Below are positions 1 to 8,704 of a DNA stretch of 40,000 bases, in pieces (within the stretch, counting starts at the first letter, position 1; every line of letters starts with the position of its first letter). Location of the stretch: contig JAOARU010000005.1 in NCBI GenBank assembly GCA_025210675.1, positions 1 through 40,000 of the forward strand, written 5' to 3'. Both the position numbers and the translations under genes were made by a program. The notes below the pieces were generated by a model. That model was not told the origin of the DNA, ran no database searches, and saw only the letters and a list, made by a program, of their open reading frames with translations. The DNA is from Candidatus Altimarinota bacterium (lineage in GTDB: Bacteria > Patescibacteriota > Gracilibacteria > CAIRYL01 > GCA-016699755).

Positions 1-284
1 CAAAAAACCTTGCTGCATACACTAAAAATGCAGACCTACTTGCAGTAGGCGTCGGAAAAACCAAGTTAATCACAGCTGACATGGTTAAAGAAGGAGCAAT
101 AGTGCTTGATATTGGAATAAACAGAGACGAAAACGGTAAATTATGTGGAGATGTAGACTATGAAAATGTAGCCCAAAAAACAAGCTATATAACACCTGTT
201 CCAGGAGGTGCAGGACCAATGACAGTTGCCTCATTAATCCTGAATACTATTAATGCAGCAGAAAAAACATCTAACAATAAGTAA
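1..284 (+). CDS. folD: Bifunctional methylenetetrahydrofolate dehydrogenase/cyclohydrolase FolD, C-terminal part (5' end outside window; reading frame starts at nt 3)
   Basis: The frame is open from nt 3. Translation ...[44 protein letters not shown]...[16 protein letters not shown] matches the conserved FolD C-terminus (GINR, PVPGGVGPMT-type motif). Confidence 0.85.
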   Translation, partial: KNLAAYTKNADLLAVGVGKTKLITADMVKEGAIVLDIGINRDENGKLCGDVDYENVAQKTSYITPVPGGAGPMTVASLILNTINAAEKTSNNK

Positions 285-697
285 TGAGCCTAAGCGAAAG
301 AGAAAGAAACTTCTTAACGAAAGCATTTGATATTGTTAATTCTGAAAATCCCCTTCAGGAAGAAAGAGTGCGCTCAGAATCAAAAATAGATAAATTTCCA
401 GAAAATTCATTAATAATAAGCCTATCAGGCGAACATATAAAAATTATCTTCAAAAAAGAAACCCATAAAATATCCTTATTCGAAGGAAGAACTCAAATTA
501 ATAAAGTTATTCATAATGTATTTGATTTTATTATTAAACACCTACACGAAATAACGGAAATTTACATAGACAAATCAAGCCTCAGAAGATTAAGTACTGA
601 AACAGAACAATTAATTCACGACGAAATAGAGATTATTGGAAATATTTTAGCTCAAATCAGGGAGACTCGTCCCAAGTTAATCATTTTTACAAAATAA
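284..697 (+). CDS. Hypothetical protein (137 aa), start overlaps folD stop (TAATG)
   Basis: ORF track. The 1-nt TAATG overlap with folD suggests translational coupling. No domain recognised. Confidence 0.5.
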   Translation: MSLSERERNFLTKAFDIVNSENPLQEERVRSESKIDKFPENSLIISLSGEHIKIIFKKETHKISLFEGRTQINKVIHNVFDFIIKHLHEITEIYIDKSSLRRLSTETEQLIHDEIEIIGNILAQIRETRPKLIIFTK

Positions 698-760
698 AAA
701 ACACTAGCTTTTCGGTTATTTTTTTGAGAAAATAATCACATCTTTTTTGCCCTCATAAAT

Positions 761-2266
761 ATGTGCGGAGTATTAGGTATCTCGGCGAATTCTCACGTCA
801 ACCAAGATTTGTTTGATGGATTAACAATCTTGCAACACAGAGGACAAGATGCATCTGGTATAGCTACATTTGATGGCGAAAAGTTCTACATGAGAAAAGG
901 AAATGGCTTAGTTCGTGATGTATTCTTCTCACGCCACATGCAAAGATTGACAGGCAGTATGGGGATAGCACATGTTAGATACCCAACAGCTGGTTGTAAC
1001 TCATCATGGGAAGCTCAGCCATTTTTTGTAAACTCCCCTTTTGGTATCGCACTAGCACATAATGGCAACCTGACAAACGCCGACCTTTTATCAAAATGGC
1101 TATTCAAAGAAAACCTAAGACATTTAAATACAAGCTCCGATTCAGAAGTACTATTAAACGTACTAGCCAACAAGATACTAAAGATTCATAAAACAGAATT
1201 AGAAGCAGAAGACATATTTGAAGCAGTTAAAGGCACAATGCAAAAAGCAAAAGGATCATATGCAGTAGTAGCAATGATCGCAGGTCAAGGATTAGTAGGA
1301 TTTCGTGATCCTTACGGCATTAGACCACTATGTATAGGCAAAAGAGAGCACCCAATGGGCACAGAATACTGTCTATCATCAGAAAGTTTAGTATTTGAAG
1401 CACTTGGATTTGAATTTTTAAGAGATGTAAAAGCAGGAGAAGCTGTGTTTATAAAAAATGGCGAACTTCACAGTAAATCATGCTTAGACACAAAGAGCTT
1501 TACACCTTGTATATTTGAATATGTATATTTAGCAAGACCCGATTCAATGATTGATGACATATCAGTTCATAAATCAAGACTTAGAATGGGAGATATGCTC
1601 GCCAGACAAATCAAAGAAGACTTAAAAAATGGCACAATAGAGCCAGTTGATATAGTTGTACCAGTTCCAGAAAGTGCCAGAACAGCAGCATCGGAATTAG
1701 CACATGTACTTAGTGTACCATACAGAGAAGGATTTGTGAAAAATCGCTACATTGGACGTACTTTTATTATGCCTGGTCAACAAATCCGCAAAAAATCAAT
1801 TAAATACAAACTCTCAGCAGTAGAACTAGAATTTAAAGGTAAAAATGTAATGATTGTTGATGATTCAATAGTAAGAGGCAACACCTCTAAACAAATTGTA
1901 GAAATGGCAAGAGATGCAGGAGCTAAAAATGTTTACTTTGCCAGTGCTGCACCAGCATTACATTATCCTTGCGTATATGGTGTAGACATGCCAAGTAAAG
2001 ATGATTTTGTAGCAAACGGCTTAAACACTGAAGAAATTGCAAAAGTAATAGGCGCAGACAAGTTATATTATCAGAAAGTTGAAGATCTAATTGAAGCAGT
2101 TCGAAAAAAAACACCAGTAGAAAACTTTTGCACTGCATGTTTTGATGGTAAATATCCAACCCCAGAAGTAGATGACGAACTATTAGCCGATATGGAAGCT
2201 GCTCGCAATAAAAAACTCAACAAAGGAGGAAAAGATCCAGAAGAAAGCCCTGTAACATTACTTTAA
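761..2266 (+). CDS. purF: Amidophosphoribosyltransferase (glutamine PRPP amidotransferase)
   Basis: N-terminal MCGVLGI (catalytic Cys after Met), HRGQDASGI, AHVRYPTAG, and the PRTase motif VMIVDDSIVRGNTS. Confidence 0.95.
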   Translation: MCGVLGISANSHVNQDLFDGLTILQHRGQDASGIATFDGEKFYMRKGNGLVRDVFFSRHMQRLTGSMGIAHVRYPTAGCNSSWEAQPFFVNSPFGIALAHNGNLTNADLLSKWLFKENLRHLNTSSDSEVLLNVLANKILKIHKTELEAEDIFEAVKGTMQKAKGSYAVVAMIAGQGLVGFRDPYGIRPLCIGKREHPMGTEYCLSSESLVFEALGFEFLRDVKAGEAVFIKNGELHSKSCLDTKSFTPCIFEYVYLARPDSMIDDISVHKSRLRMGDMLARQIKEDLKNGTIEPVDIVVPVPESARTAASELAHVLSVPYREGFVKNRYIGRTFIMPGQQIRKKSIKYKLSAVELEFKGKNVMIVDDSIVRGNTSKQIVEMARDAGAKNVYFASAAPALHYPCVYGVDMPSKDDFVANGLNTEEIAKVIGADKLYYQKVEDLIEAVRKKTPVENFCTACFDGKYPTPEVDDELLADMEAARNKKLNKGGKDPEESPVTLL

Positions 2267-2770
2267 AAGCTCATCTGCACAAGTAAAATAAGGCCCTAAT
2301 TCTTTTAGGGTATTTTCATCACCTTCTTTTTGTAATTCCTGACGCATCTGAATCGCAACATCATAAATACCTCTAAGATTGTTTTTAATTTGCTCAGGCA
2401 ATTTTTCGTTGATTTTTAAATCTAACTCCCCCGCTCTCTTTTCAGCATCAATTGCCTTTTTTGCCATTTCAACCGCTTTTTTAAATTCAATCTCTGTTAA
2501 ACTTAAACCTTCATTAATTTGCTCAACAGCCATAAGTGCATCTTTTAAAAAAGGTAATATATTAGACCTTTCCAGAGATTCTGCCATATCTCTAACTCTC
2601 TCTTGTTTTTCTGGTTCTAATTCCTGAGCGCGTTCAATGGCATCATTTGCCTTCTCTAAAGCATTTTCTGGATTTTCAAAATTACACAAAGAACTAAGTA
2701 AACTCTCAAAATCACTTTGCCGATATCCAAAATTTTCATTTGGAGATGTGGGAGCTTGTTCAAAAGTCAT
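2258..2770 (-). CDS. Hypothetical acidic, helical protein (170 aa)
   Basis: ORF track. Its 3' end overlaps the purF 3' end convergently by 9 nt. No domain recognised. Confidence 0.45.
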   Translation of the reverse strand: MTFEQAPTSPNENFGYRQSDFESLLSSLCNFENPENALEKANDAIERAQELEPEKQERVRDMAESLERSNILPFLKDALMAVEQINEGLSLTEIEFKKAVEMAKKAIDAEKRAGELDLKINEKLPEQIKNNLRGIYDVAIQMRQELQKEGDENTLKELGPYFTCADELLK

Positions 2771-2837
2771 ATTTTGGGGAAATTTATCTATTTATTATAG
2801 CAAAAAATGATTTTTTATGCAATAATACAAAACGTGT

Positions 2838-2912
2838 GTCCCCGTAGTTCAACGGATAGAACAATGGCCTCCTAAGCTGTAGATACAGGTTCGATTCCTG
2901 TCGGGGATACCA
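2838..2912 (+). tRNA. tRNA-Arg (anticodon CCU), CCA encoded
   Basis: Hand-folded cloverleaf. The acceptor gtccccg pairs with cggggat, the anticodon loop is ct-CCT-aa, the T arm is aggttcgattcct, and the 3' end is acca. Confidence 0.9.
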
Positions 2913-3217
2913 TACAGGAAAATTGAGAAATTTTGAAGATAAGGATAATCTCACAAAGTTCTAACCAACGATACACCTCCTTAAACCTACTTATCTCTTC
3001 GAACGCCCCTTGGGTTTCCGATTAGAGCTAATAACTAAATGCACTGACGCATAAAATGGATCTCTGTTCACTTTTGAGCTGCAATGGTGACCATAGAGTG
3101 ACATTCTTTTTAAAAAAACAGATTGCGGGCTGTTTCAACATAAACCAAAAAATAAAAAAGGGGAGCTAAATTTATTTAATCAGCATCTTGTATCCCTTTT
3201 AAATATTTATCAATAAA

Positions 3218-3466
3218 TTATTCTTCTACCCCTTCTGGCTCATTACCTTCCTCAGCTTCTCTGCTTTCGGCTATTTCATTTAACATATCCATCAAATCGG
3301 CAATCTCATCATCAGTCAAGCCATGCTTGCGAGCGCCATCTTCGACATTTTCCATAGCAGAAGCAGGACAACCAACACAGCCCATTCCAAAATCAAAGAA
3401 AATGTCAACACTCTCAGGATAACGAGAAATAATCTCAGAAATTGTCATTTCTTTTGTTACTGGCAT
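3218..3466 (-). CDS. DUF1858 / hybrid-cluster-protein-associated redox disulfide domain protein (82 aa)
   Basis: ISEIISRYPESVDIFFDFGMGCVGCPASAMENVEDGARKHG is the characteristic DUF1858 signature with a CxxC pair. Confidence 0.7.
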   Translation of the reverse strand: MPVTKEMTISEIISRYPESVDIFFDFGMGCVGCPASAMENVEDGARKHGLTDDEIADLMDMLNEIAESREAEEGNEPEGVEE

Positions 3467-3482
3467 ATTTATTTAAAAAAAA

Positions 3483-3668
3483 TTAATCTTCACAAGAAAT
3501 TGCCCCAACAGGACACATAGCAATAGCCTCATCAGCATCATCACAAGTATTTGAATTTATCACCTTTGCGATACCCTGATCCATATCCATTTCAAATATA
3601 TCACTTTTCATTGATGCGCACATACCGCAACCAATACAAGTCTCTTGATTTACAACAACTTTTGACAT
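3483..3668 (-). CDS. Small 4Fe-4S ferredoxin (about 61 aa; I prefer the internal start MSKVVV over the track's upstream start)
   Basis: MSKVVVNQETCIGCGMCASM...CPVGAISCED shows CxxCxxC...CP cluster ligands. The upstream 17 codons of the track ORF look like read-through of promoter sequence. Confidence 0.8.
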   Translation of the reverse strand: MSKVVVNQETCIGCGMCASMKSDIFEMDMDQGIAKVINSNTCDDADEAIAMCPVGAISCED

Positions 3669-3733
3669 GTTTTTATAAAAATATATTCGCATTTTTGCAT
3701 GCTTTTTTATGTTTTTCAAGTATAATTATAAAT

Positions 3734-4441
3734 ATGGAAATACGGCTTAATAAATACCTTTCCGAACAAGGTATATGCTCACGCAGAGAAGCAGAAAAAC
3801 TCATAACAGAAGGAGCAATAAAAATCAATGGCAAAATCACTCAAGAACAAGGCATAAAAATCGACCCAGAAAAAGATAAATTGGAAATTTCCGAATCAGC
3901 ATTACAAAAAAAATCTGAAGAAAAAGTCGTATACGCCCTAAATAAACCGATAGGATACGTCAGCTCAACACACGCAACAAGTGTGGAAAAAAACATTGTA
4001 ACTGATTTATTAAAAGTACCCGAGAGAATTTATCCAATAGGCAGACTAGACAAAGATACATCAGGATTATTACTCATGACCAATGATGGGGATATTTGCT
4101 ACAAATTGACTCACCCTAAATTTTCTCATAAAAAAATATATCTAGTCGAAACATACAAAGAGGTATCAGATGAAGCCTTAGATAAATTACGAAAAGGCGT
4201 GACACTTTTTGGCGAAAAAACTTTACCAACAAAAATTGAAAAAATCTCATCACATCGCTTTAAAATAACTCTAAAAGAAGGTAAAAATCGTCAAATTAGG
4301 CGTATTTTTCGTAAAATCGGATCAAATGTAAAGCGCTTAAAAAGAATTCAAATTGGCGAACTAGAATTAAAAAGTCTTGATATAGATACTGGAAAATATG
4401 TAAAGTTAAAACAAGATCAAATCAAGCTTTTAACTAAATAA
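3734..4441 (+). CDS. Pseudouridine synthase, RsuA/RluB/RluF family (235 aa)
   Basis: MEIRLNKYLSEQGICSRREAEKLI is an S4 domain and GRLDKDTSGLLLMTNDG carries the catalytic Asp motif. The track's N-terminal extension from 3551 is antisense to the ferredoxin gene and is rejected. Confidence 0.85.
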   Translation: MEIRLNKYLSEQGICSRREAEKLITEGAIKINGKITQEQGIKIDPEKDKLEISESALQKKSEEKVVYALNKPIGYVSSTHATSVEKNIVTDLLKVPERIYPIGRLDKDTSGLLLMTNDGDICYKLTHPKFSHKKIYLVETYKEVSDEALDKLRKGVTLFGEKTLPTKIEKISSHRFKITLKEGKNRQIRRIFRKIGSNVKRLKRIQIGELELKSLDIDTGKYVKLKQDQIKLLTK

Positions 4442-4442
4442 T

Positions 4443-4688
4443 ATGCTAGCAAATATAATTTGGGGATTAATAGGCATCTCAACAGCACTTATACTTGTAA
4501 AATTTAGATATAAAATTATTGAATTTACAGGAGATTGGGGTTGGGCAGAAAGATATTTAGGTAATGGCGGAAGCGTGAGAGCTGTTGTGTTAATTGCCAT
4601 AATATTATTTTTTGCATCTATTGCTAAAATGACAGGCAAATCAAGCACTATTCTACAAGGAGCAGCTGATCAATTTTTTGGTGGATAA
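4443..4688 (+). CDS. Small membrane protein (81 aa, two hydrophobic helices)
   Basis: ORF starts 2 nt after the stop of the pseudouridine synthase gene. Hydrophobic segments are IIWGLIGISTALILV and AVVLIAIILFFASIA. Confidence 0.4.
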   Translation: MLANIIWGLIGISTALILVKFRYKIIEFTGDWGWAERYLGNGGSVRAVVLIAIILFFASIAKMTGKSSTILQGAADQFFGG

Positions 4689-4707
4689 GTTTTTTTTAAA
4701 AAAAATA

Positions 4708-4736
4708 TTGACTTGTCCTTAATTCTTTAATAAAAT
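4708..4736 (+). promoter_or_regulatory. Sigma70-like promoter for tRNA-Ala (TTGACT-N17-TAAAAT)
   Basis: TTGACT at 4708-4713, a 17-nt spacer, and TAAAAT at 4731-4736, about 20 nt upstream of the tRNA 5' end. Confidence 0.45.
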
Positions 4737-4756
4737 CTACAAGGTTTTAATAATTT

Positions 4757-4833
4757 GGGGCATTAGCTCAGTTGGCTAGAGCGCCTGCTTTGCACGCAGG
4801 AGGTCATCGGTTCGACTCCGATATGCTCCACCA
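4757..4833 (+). tRNA. tRNA-Ala (anticodon UGC), CCA encoded
   Basis: The acceptor ggggcat pairs with atgctcc and has the G3:U70 Ala identity pair. The anticodon loop is ctt-TGC-ac, the T arm is atcggttcgactccgat, and the 3' end is acca. Confidence 0.95.
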
Positions 4834-4897
4834 TTAAAATGTTCTCATACCGAACACAGTGAGGTATGGGGTTATTTTAATTGTAAATATTAGCATT

Positions 4898-5005
4898 GAA
4901 CCGATGACCTCCATCTAATTAAGCAGTCATCGGGACACGAAGCGAAAGTCTTTAAGCAAAGCGATAAGACGGAGCAGAGTGGCGACTCCGATATGCTCCA
5001 CCATT
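4898..5005. repeat. Scrambled tRNA-Ala-derived fragments: one inverted 15-mer plus a direct copy of the tRNA 3' part split by a 49-nt insert
   Basis: Nt 4898-4912 (gaaccgatgacctcc) is the exact reverse complement of tRNA nt 4799-4813. Nt 4926-4933 (gtcatcgg) equals tRNA nt 4803-4810. Nt 4983-5005 (cgactccgatatgctccaccatt) is an exact 23-nt direct repeat of 4813-4835. Confidence 0.75.
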
Positions 5006-5313
5006 TAGACAATCAGCTGAAATAAGCTCCTTCTCCAATCTTGGAAGGGCTTGTTTGAGCGGTTTTCCACCTTTTGGTTCTCGGTTCGATAAGAGTTTTC
5101 TACACATTATCAAATAATTGACGTTTTTGAGCTGTTCAAAAATAGGAATGGCTTCAACATGAAGGAAAAAATAGACTTCTTCAAAATGAATCAGGTGTTT
5201 CAGTCCTATTTCGGTATAATGAGTCATGGAAATTGTAGAAAATTGGACGAAAAAATCAAAAATGAGTATTGGATATATTCCGTTTCAGGAGAAAATGATT
5301 TACAAGTCACAAC

Positions 5314-5343
5314 AAAAAAGAGGAGACATACCTCCTCTTTTTT
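5314..5343. terminator. Bidirectional hairpin terminator downstream of glnA
   Basis: In aaaaaagaggag-acatac-ctcctctttttt, the stem gaggag/ctcctc is extended by A:T pairs and flanked by A and T runs on both sides. Confidence 0.7.
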
Positions 5344-5360
5344 AATGCCTTTTTGGCTTT

Positions 5361-6695
5361 TTAGTAAATATCCAGATAGCTTTCTATCTCCCAATCACTT
5401 ACATGTATCCTAAATGAATCCACTTCTTTTTGCTTAGCCTCAAGGTATTTTTCAAATGTATGCTTTCCGAGAACACTTTTCACTAAATCACTTTTTTCAA
5501 ATTTTGAAACCGCTTCGATCAATGAAGCTGGAAGTGTTGATATTCTCATACGTTTTGCTTTCTTGTCAGTAAATTCAAAAATATTTTCCTCAACTGGATC
5601 TGGCGCTTTCATCTTTTTTTCAACTCCATCAAGACCTGCTGCCAACATCAATGCAAATGCAAGATAAGGATTTGCTGATGAATCAGGACACCTAAGCTCA
5701 CATCTGGCTGCTGCTTTTTGATGTGAACTCTTTGGAATTCTAATCAAAGCGGAGCGATTTGTTTGCCCCCAAGCTACATACACAGGTGCTTCATAACCTG
5801 CAACAAGCCTCTTATAAGAATTTACAAGAGGATTTGTAATCGCTACTATCTCCTTGATACTCTTAAGCTGTCCTGCAATAAACTGCATGGCTGTTTCAGA
5901 TAAATTATACTTATTTTTATCATCAAAAAATATATTTTCACCATTTTTTGCTAATGACTGATGAACATGCATTCCTGATCCATTTATACCAGAAATAGGC
6001 TTCGGCATAAATGTTGCATGCAAACCAAATTGATTTGCAACAGCCTTTAAGGCCATTTTTACAGTAAGCACACTATCAGCTTGAGTTAAAGCATCTGAAT
6101 ACTTAAAATCAATTTCATGTTGCCCCTCTGCAACTTCATGATGGATTGCCTCAACATCTATCCCCATTTGCGATACCACCTCACTCATTGCAATTCTGAT
6201 TGGACCTGCCTTGTCCATTGCATATTCAAAATAACCTGCCTTGTCATGTGGCTTCAAAATAGCCTCTCCGTCTTCATCTTTTTCTAAAAGAAAAAATTCC
6301 AACTCAGGACCAACAAAATAATCTGAAAATCCCATTTTTTTAGCTCTTTCTAGCTGTTTTTTTAGTATATATCTTGGATCACCTTCAAATGGTTTTCCAT
6401 CAGGCAAATAAACATCGCAGATAATTCTTGCCACTTTTCCCTCCTGCTCTGAACCTTCCCATGGAACTATTGCAAATGTTTTTAAATCAGGTTTCAAATA
6501 CATATCTGATTCATAAATCCTAGTAAACCCTTCGATTGATGAACCGTCAAACCATACATTATTATCTATTGCGCCTTCCAATTTTGTAATCGGCATAGTG
6601 ATACTTTTTACAAAACCAAAAAGATCACAAAATTGAAAATGCACAAAACGAACATTTTTTTCTTTGCAAATTGCAAATACTTCTGATTTTTTCAT
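5361..6695 (-). CDS. glnA: Glutamine synthetase, type I
   Basis: 444 aa with FGFVKSITMP, GSSIEGF, NGSGMHVHQSL and the NRSALIRIP motifs typical of GSI. Confidence 0.95.
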   Translation of the reverse strand: MKKSEVFAICKEKNVRFVHFQFCDLFGFVKSITMPITKLEGAIDNNVWFDGSSIEGFTRIYESDMYLKPDLKTFAIVPWEGSEQEGKVARIICDVYLPDGKPFEGDPRYILKKQLERAKKMGFSDYFVGPELEFFLLEKDEDGEAILKPHDKAGYFEYAMDKAGPIRIAMSEVVSQMGIDVEAIHHEVAEGQHEIDFKYSDALTQADSVLTVKMALKAVANQFGLHATFMPKPISGINGSGMHVHQSLAKNGENIFFDDKNKYNLSETAMQFIAGQLKSIKEIVAITNPLVNSYKRLVAGYEAPVYVAWGQTNRSALIRIPKSSHQKAAARCELRCPDSSANPYLAFALMLAAGLDGVEKKMKAPDPVEENIFEFTDKKAKRMRISTLPASLIEAVSKFEKSDLVKSVLGKHTFEKYLEAKQKEVDSFRIHVSDWEIESYLDIY

Positions 6696-6784
6696 AAGGT
6701 TAGCAATAAATTTTTAAATTATGTACAAATTATTGCTCATTTTACACAAAAGTCAATATAATTTTGTACAAATTTTTGTATACA

Positions 6785-6820
6785 ATAAAAAAGCCTCCAA
6801 TTTCTTGAAGGCTTTTTTTA
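6785..6820 (-). terminator. Hairpin terminator downstream of aspS
   Basis: In aaaaaagcctcc-aatttctt-gaaggcttttttt, the stem aagcct/aggctt gains further pairs. On the minus-strand RNA it is followed by a U run. Confidence 0.6.
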
Positions 6821-6828
6821 AATCTGCT

Positions 6829-8637
6829 CTATTCTTCCTCCTTAATAGATATACCTAACTCATCAAGCTGCTCATCAGGCATCACACTTGGTGAATGCAG
6901 CATTAAATCTTGTGCATTTTGGTTTTTTGGAAATGCTATCACCTCTCTAATATTTGGCTCATCTGCAAGCAACATCACTACTCTATCAAGCCCAAAAGCA
7001 ATACCACCATGTGGGGGTGCGCCATATTCAAATGCCTTTAACATATGCCCAAAACGCTCTTCTGCGTCTTCTGGTGTGATTTTTAAAATCTCAAAAATCT
7101 TAGCTTGCAAATCTCTCTCATGATTTCTGAGCGATCCTCCACCTAGCTCTACACCATTCATAACCATATCATAAGCAATAGCACAGCAATTTAGGGGATT
7201 TTTCTCCAGCTTAGCCTCATCTTCCTTTCTAGGCCTTGTAAATGGATGATGCACTGCACCAATATGACCATCTGAATTTTGCTCAAACATTGGAAAATCA
7301 ACAACCCAAAGCAGAGCAATTTCGTCATTTTTCCTAAGACCAAAATGATCACCAAGAGCATTTCTAACAGCTCCTAGGCTTTCAGAAACAGTCATATAGT
7401 CCCCTGCTCCAAAGAAAAGTGCATCACCTTGTTTGAAATTCATCATCTCAAAAAGCTCTTTTTTCTCTTCATCTGAAAAGAATTTTAAAATTGGACTTGA
7501 AGGCTCTTCACCCTCTCTCCAAAGTATATAAGCCAGACCTTTTGCACCATTGTCTTGAGCTATTCTTGTAAAGTCATCTATCTCTTTACGTGTCAAAGTA
7601 GCGCCTCCTTCTGCCTTTATAGCCCTTACTATACCGCCATTTTTCGCAACAGAGTTAAATACTGTAAACTCTACACCTGAAGCCCACTCAGTCAAATCTT
7701 CAAATTCCATTCCGAAACGAAGATCTGGTTTGTCAGAGCCATATTTATCCATAGCCTCTTTGTAGGTTATTTTTGGCACATTATCACCAAGAACTAATTT
7801 TTTATGTGGATTTAACTTTTTTACAATTTTTAAAATCAATTCAGAAAATAAATCCTGAATGTCTTGCTCTTCAACAAAACTCATCTCTATCTCAAACTGA
7901 GTAAATTCAGGCTGTCTGTCTCCTCTCTGATCTTCATCACGAAAACAACGAGCAATCTGAAAATACTTCTCGACACCACCAACCATCAAAAGTTGTTTAA
8001 GCTGCTGTGGTGATTGTGGAAGCACATAAAATTTACCATGATGCAAACGAGAAGGCACGAGATATTCACGTGATCCCTCAGGTGTACCCTTGACCATAAT
8101 CGGAGTTTCTACCTCCCAAAAACCTTTTTCATCAAAAAAATCACGCACCATTTTTGTAACATTATGACGAAGCTGAATATTTTTCTTCATACGCTCTCTT
8201 CTTAGATCAAGATAGCGATACTCAAGCCTTATATCCTCACGAACCTCTTTATGCGGATTATCAATTTCAAATGGTGGAGTCTTTGATTTATTAAAAATTT
8301 CAATATTCGAAACTATCATTTCAATCTCACCTGTTGGAATATTTTTATTAAACATTTCTTCAGGACGCATTCTAATCTCTCCTTCAACCTTTATGACAAA
8401 TTCTGAACGAAGAGACTCAGCAATCTTATGAGTTTCCAAGTCATACTCAGGATCAAAAACAACCTGCATAATACCAGAACGATCTCTAAGATCTATAAAA
8501 ATAATTCCTCCATGATCACGACGAGTATTAACCCAGCCGCATAGAGTCACTTTTTGACCGACATTTTGACGATTCAATACACCTGCATCATGAGTTTTTA
8601 GCATATTAAGGGTAAAATTTCCTAAATATTTTCTCAT
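6829..8637 (-). CDS. aspS: Aspartyl-tRNA synthetase (start uncertain: 8637 MRKYLG or 8604 MLKTHDAG)
   Basis: WVNTRRDHGGIIFIDLRD is the anticodon-binding OB fold. Class II motifs are FRDEDQRGDRQPEFTQ and GGGSLRNH...GGIAFGLDR. Confidence 0.95.
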   Translation of the reverse strand: MRKYLGNFTLNMLKTHDAGVLNRQNVGQKVTLCGWVNTRRDHGGIIFIDLRDRSGIMQVVFDPEYDLETHKIAESLRSEFVIKVEGEIRMRPEEMFNKNIPTGEIEMIVSNIEIFNKSKTPPFEIDNPHKEVREDIRLEYRYLDLRRERMKKNIQLRHNVTKMVRDFFDEKGFWEVETPIMVKGTPEGSREYLVPSRLHHGKFYVLPQSPQQLKQLLMVGGVEKYFQIARCFRDEDQRGDRQPEFTQFEIEMSFVEEQDIQDLFSELILKIVKKLNPHKKLVLGDNVPKITYKEAMDKYGSDKPDLRFGMEFEDLTEWASGVEFTVFNSVAKNGGIVRAIKAEGGATLTRKEIDDFTRIAQDNGAKGLAYILWREGEEPSSPILKFFSDEEKKELFEMMNFKQGDALFFGAGDYMTVSESLGAVRNALGDHFGLRKNDEIALLWVVDFPMFEQNSDGHIGAVHHPFTRPRKEDEAKLEKNPLNCCAIAYDMVMNGVELGGGSLRNHERDLQAKIFEILKITPEDAEERFGHMLKAFEYGAPPHGGIAFGLDRVVMLLADEPNIREVIAFPKNQNAQDLMLHSPSVMPDEQLDELGISIKEEE

Positions 8638-8704
8638 AAAAAAAACACCTTGCAAATATAAAATCTTTTATTTTAAGATTTCAGAGCAGTTTTTTAAAAA
8701 AATA

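Noticed and set aside
2258-2266. Convergent 3' overlaps (purF with the 170-aa ORF, 9 nt; ridA with the NTase gene, 33 nt) and 4-8 nt same-strand overlaps (pyrG/CoA-binding, carA/NTase, PrgI-like/VirB4-N-like).
   Set aside because: These are typical of compact genomes. They are noted as evidence of operon coupling, not as anomalies in their own right.
2913-3217. Homology between the tRNA-Arg downstream spacer and the 22.4-22.9 kb spacer, which would imply a repeated element family.
   Set aside because: Only short motifs (6 nt or fewer) are shared in order. A position-by-position comparison of the 55 nt between two shared anchors gave near-random identity. I treat this as unproven and mention it only as something to check by alignment.
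3551-3733. N-terminal extension of 61 codons on the pseudouridine synthase ORF in the track.
   Set aside because: The extension is antisense to the ferredoxin gene and its promoter. The conserved S4 domain begins right at the internal Met (3734).
4952-5227. A 91-aa minus-strand ORF next to the tRNA-Ala fragments, considered as a possible integrase or toxin remnant.
   Set aside because: I could find no recombinase or toxin motif. Its 3' third is translated from tRNA-derived sequence, so it is probably spurious. The overlapping plus-strand 84-aa ORF (5159-5413) runs into glnA and is also rejected.
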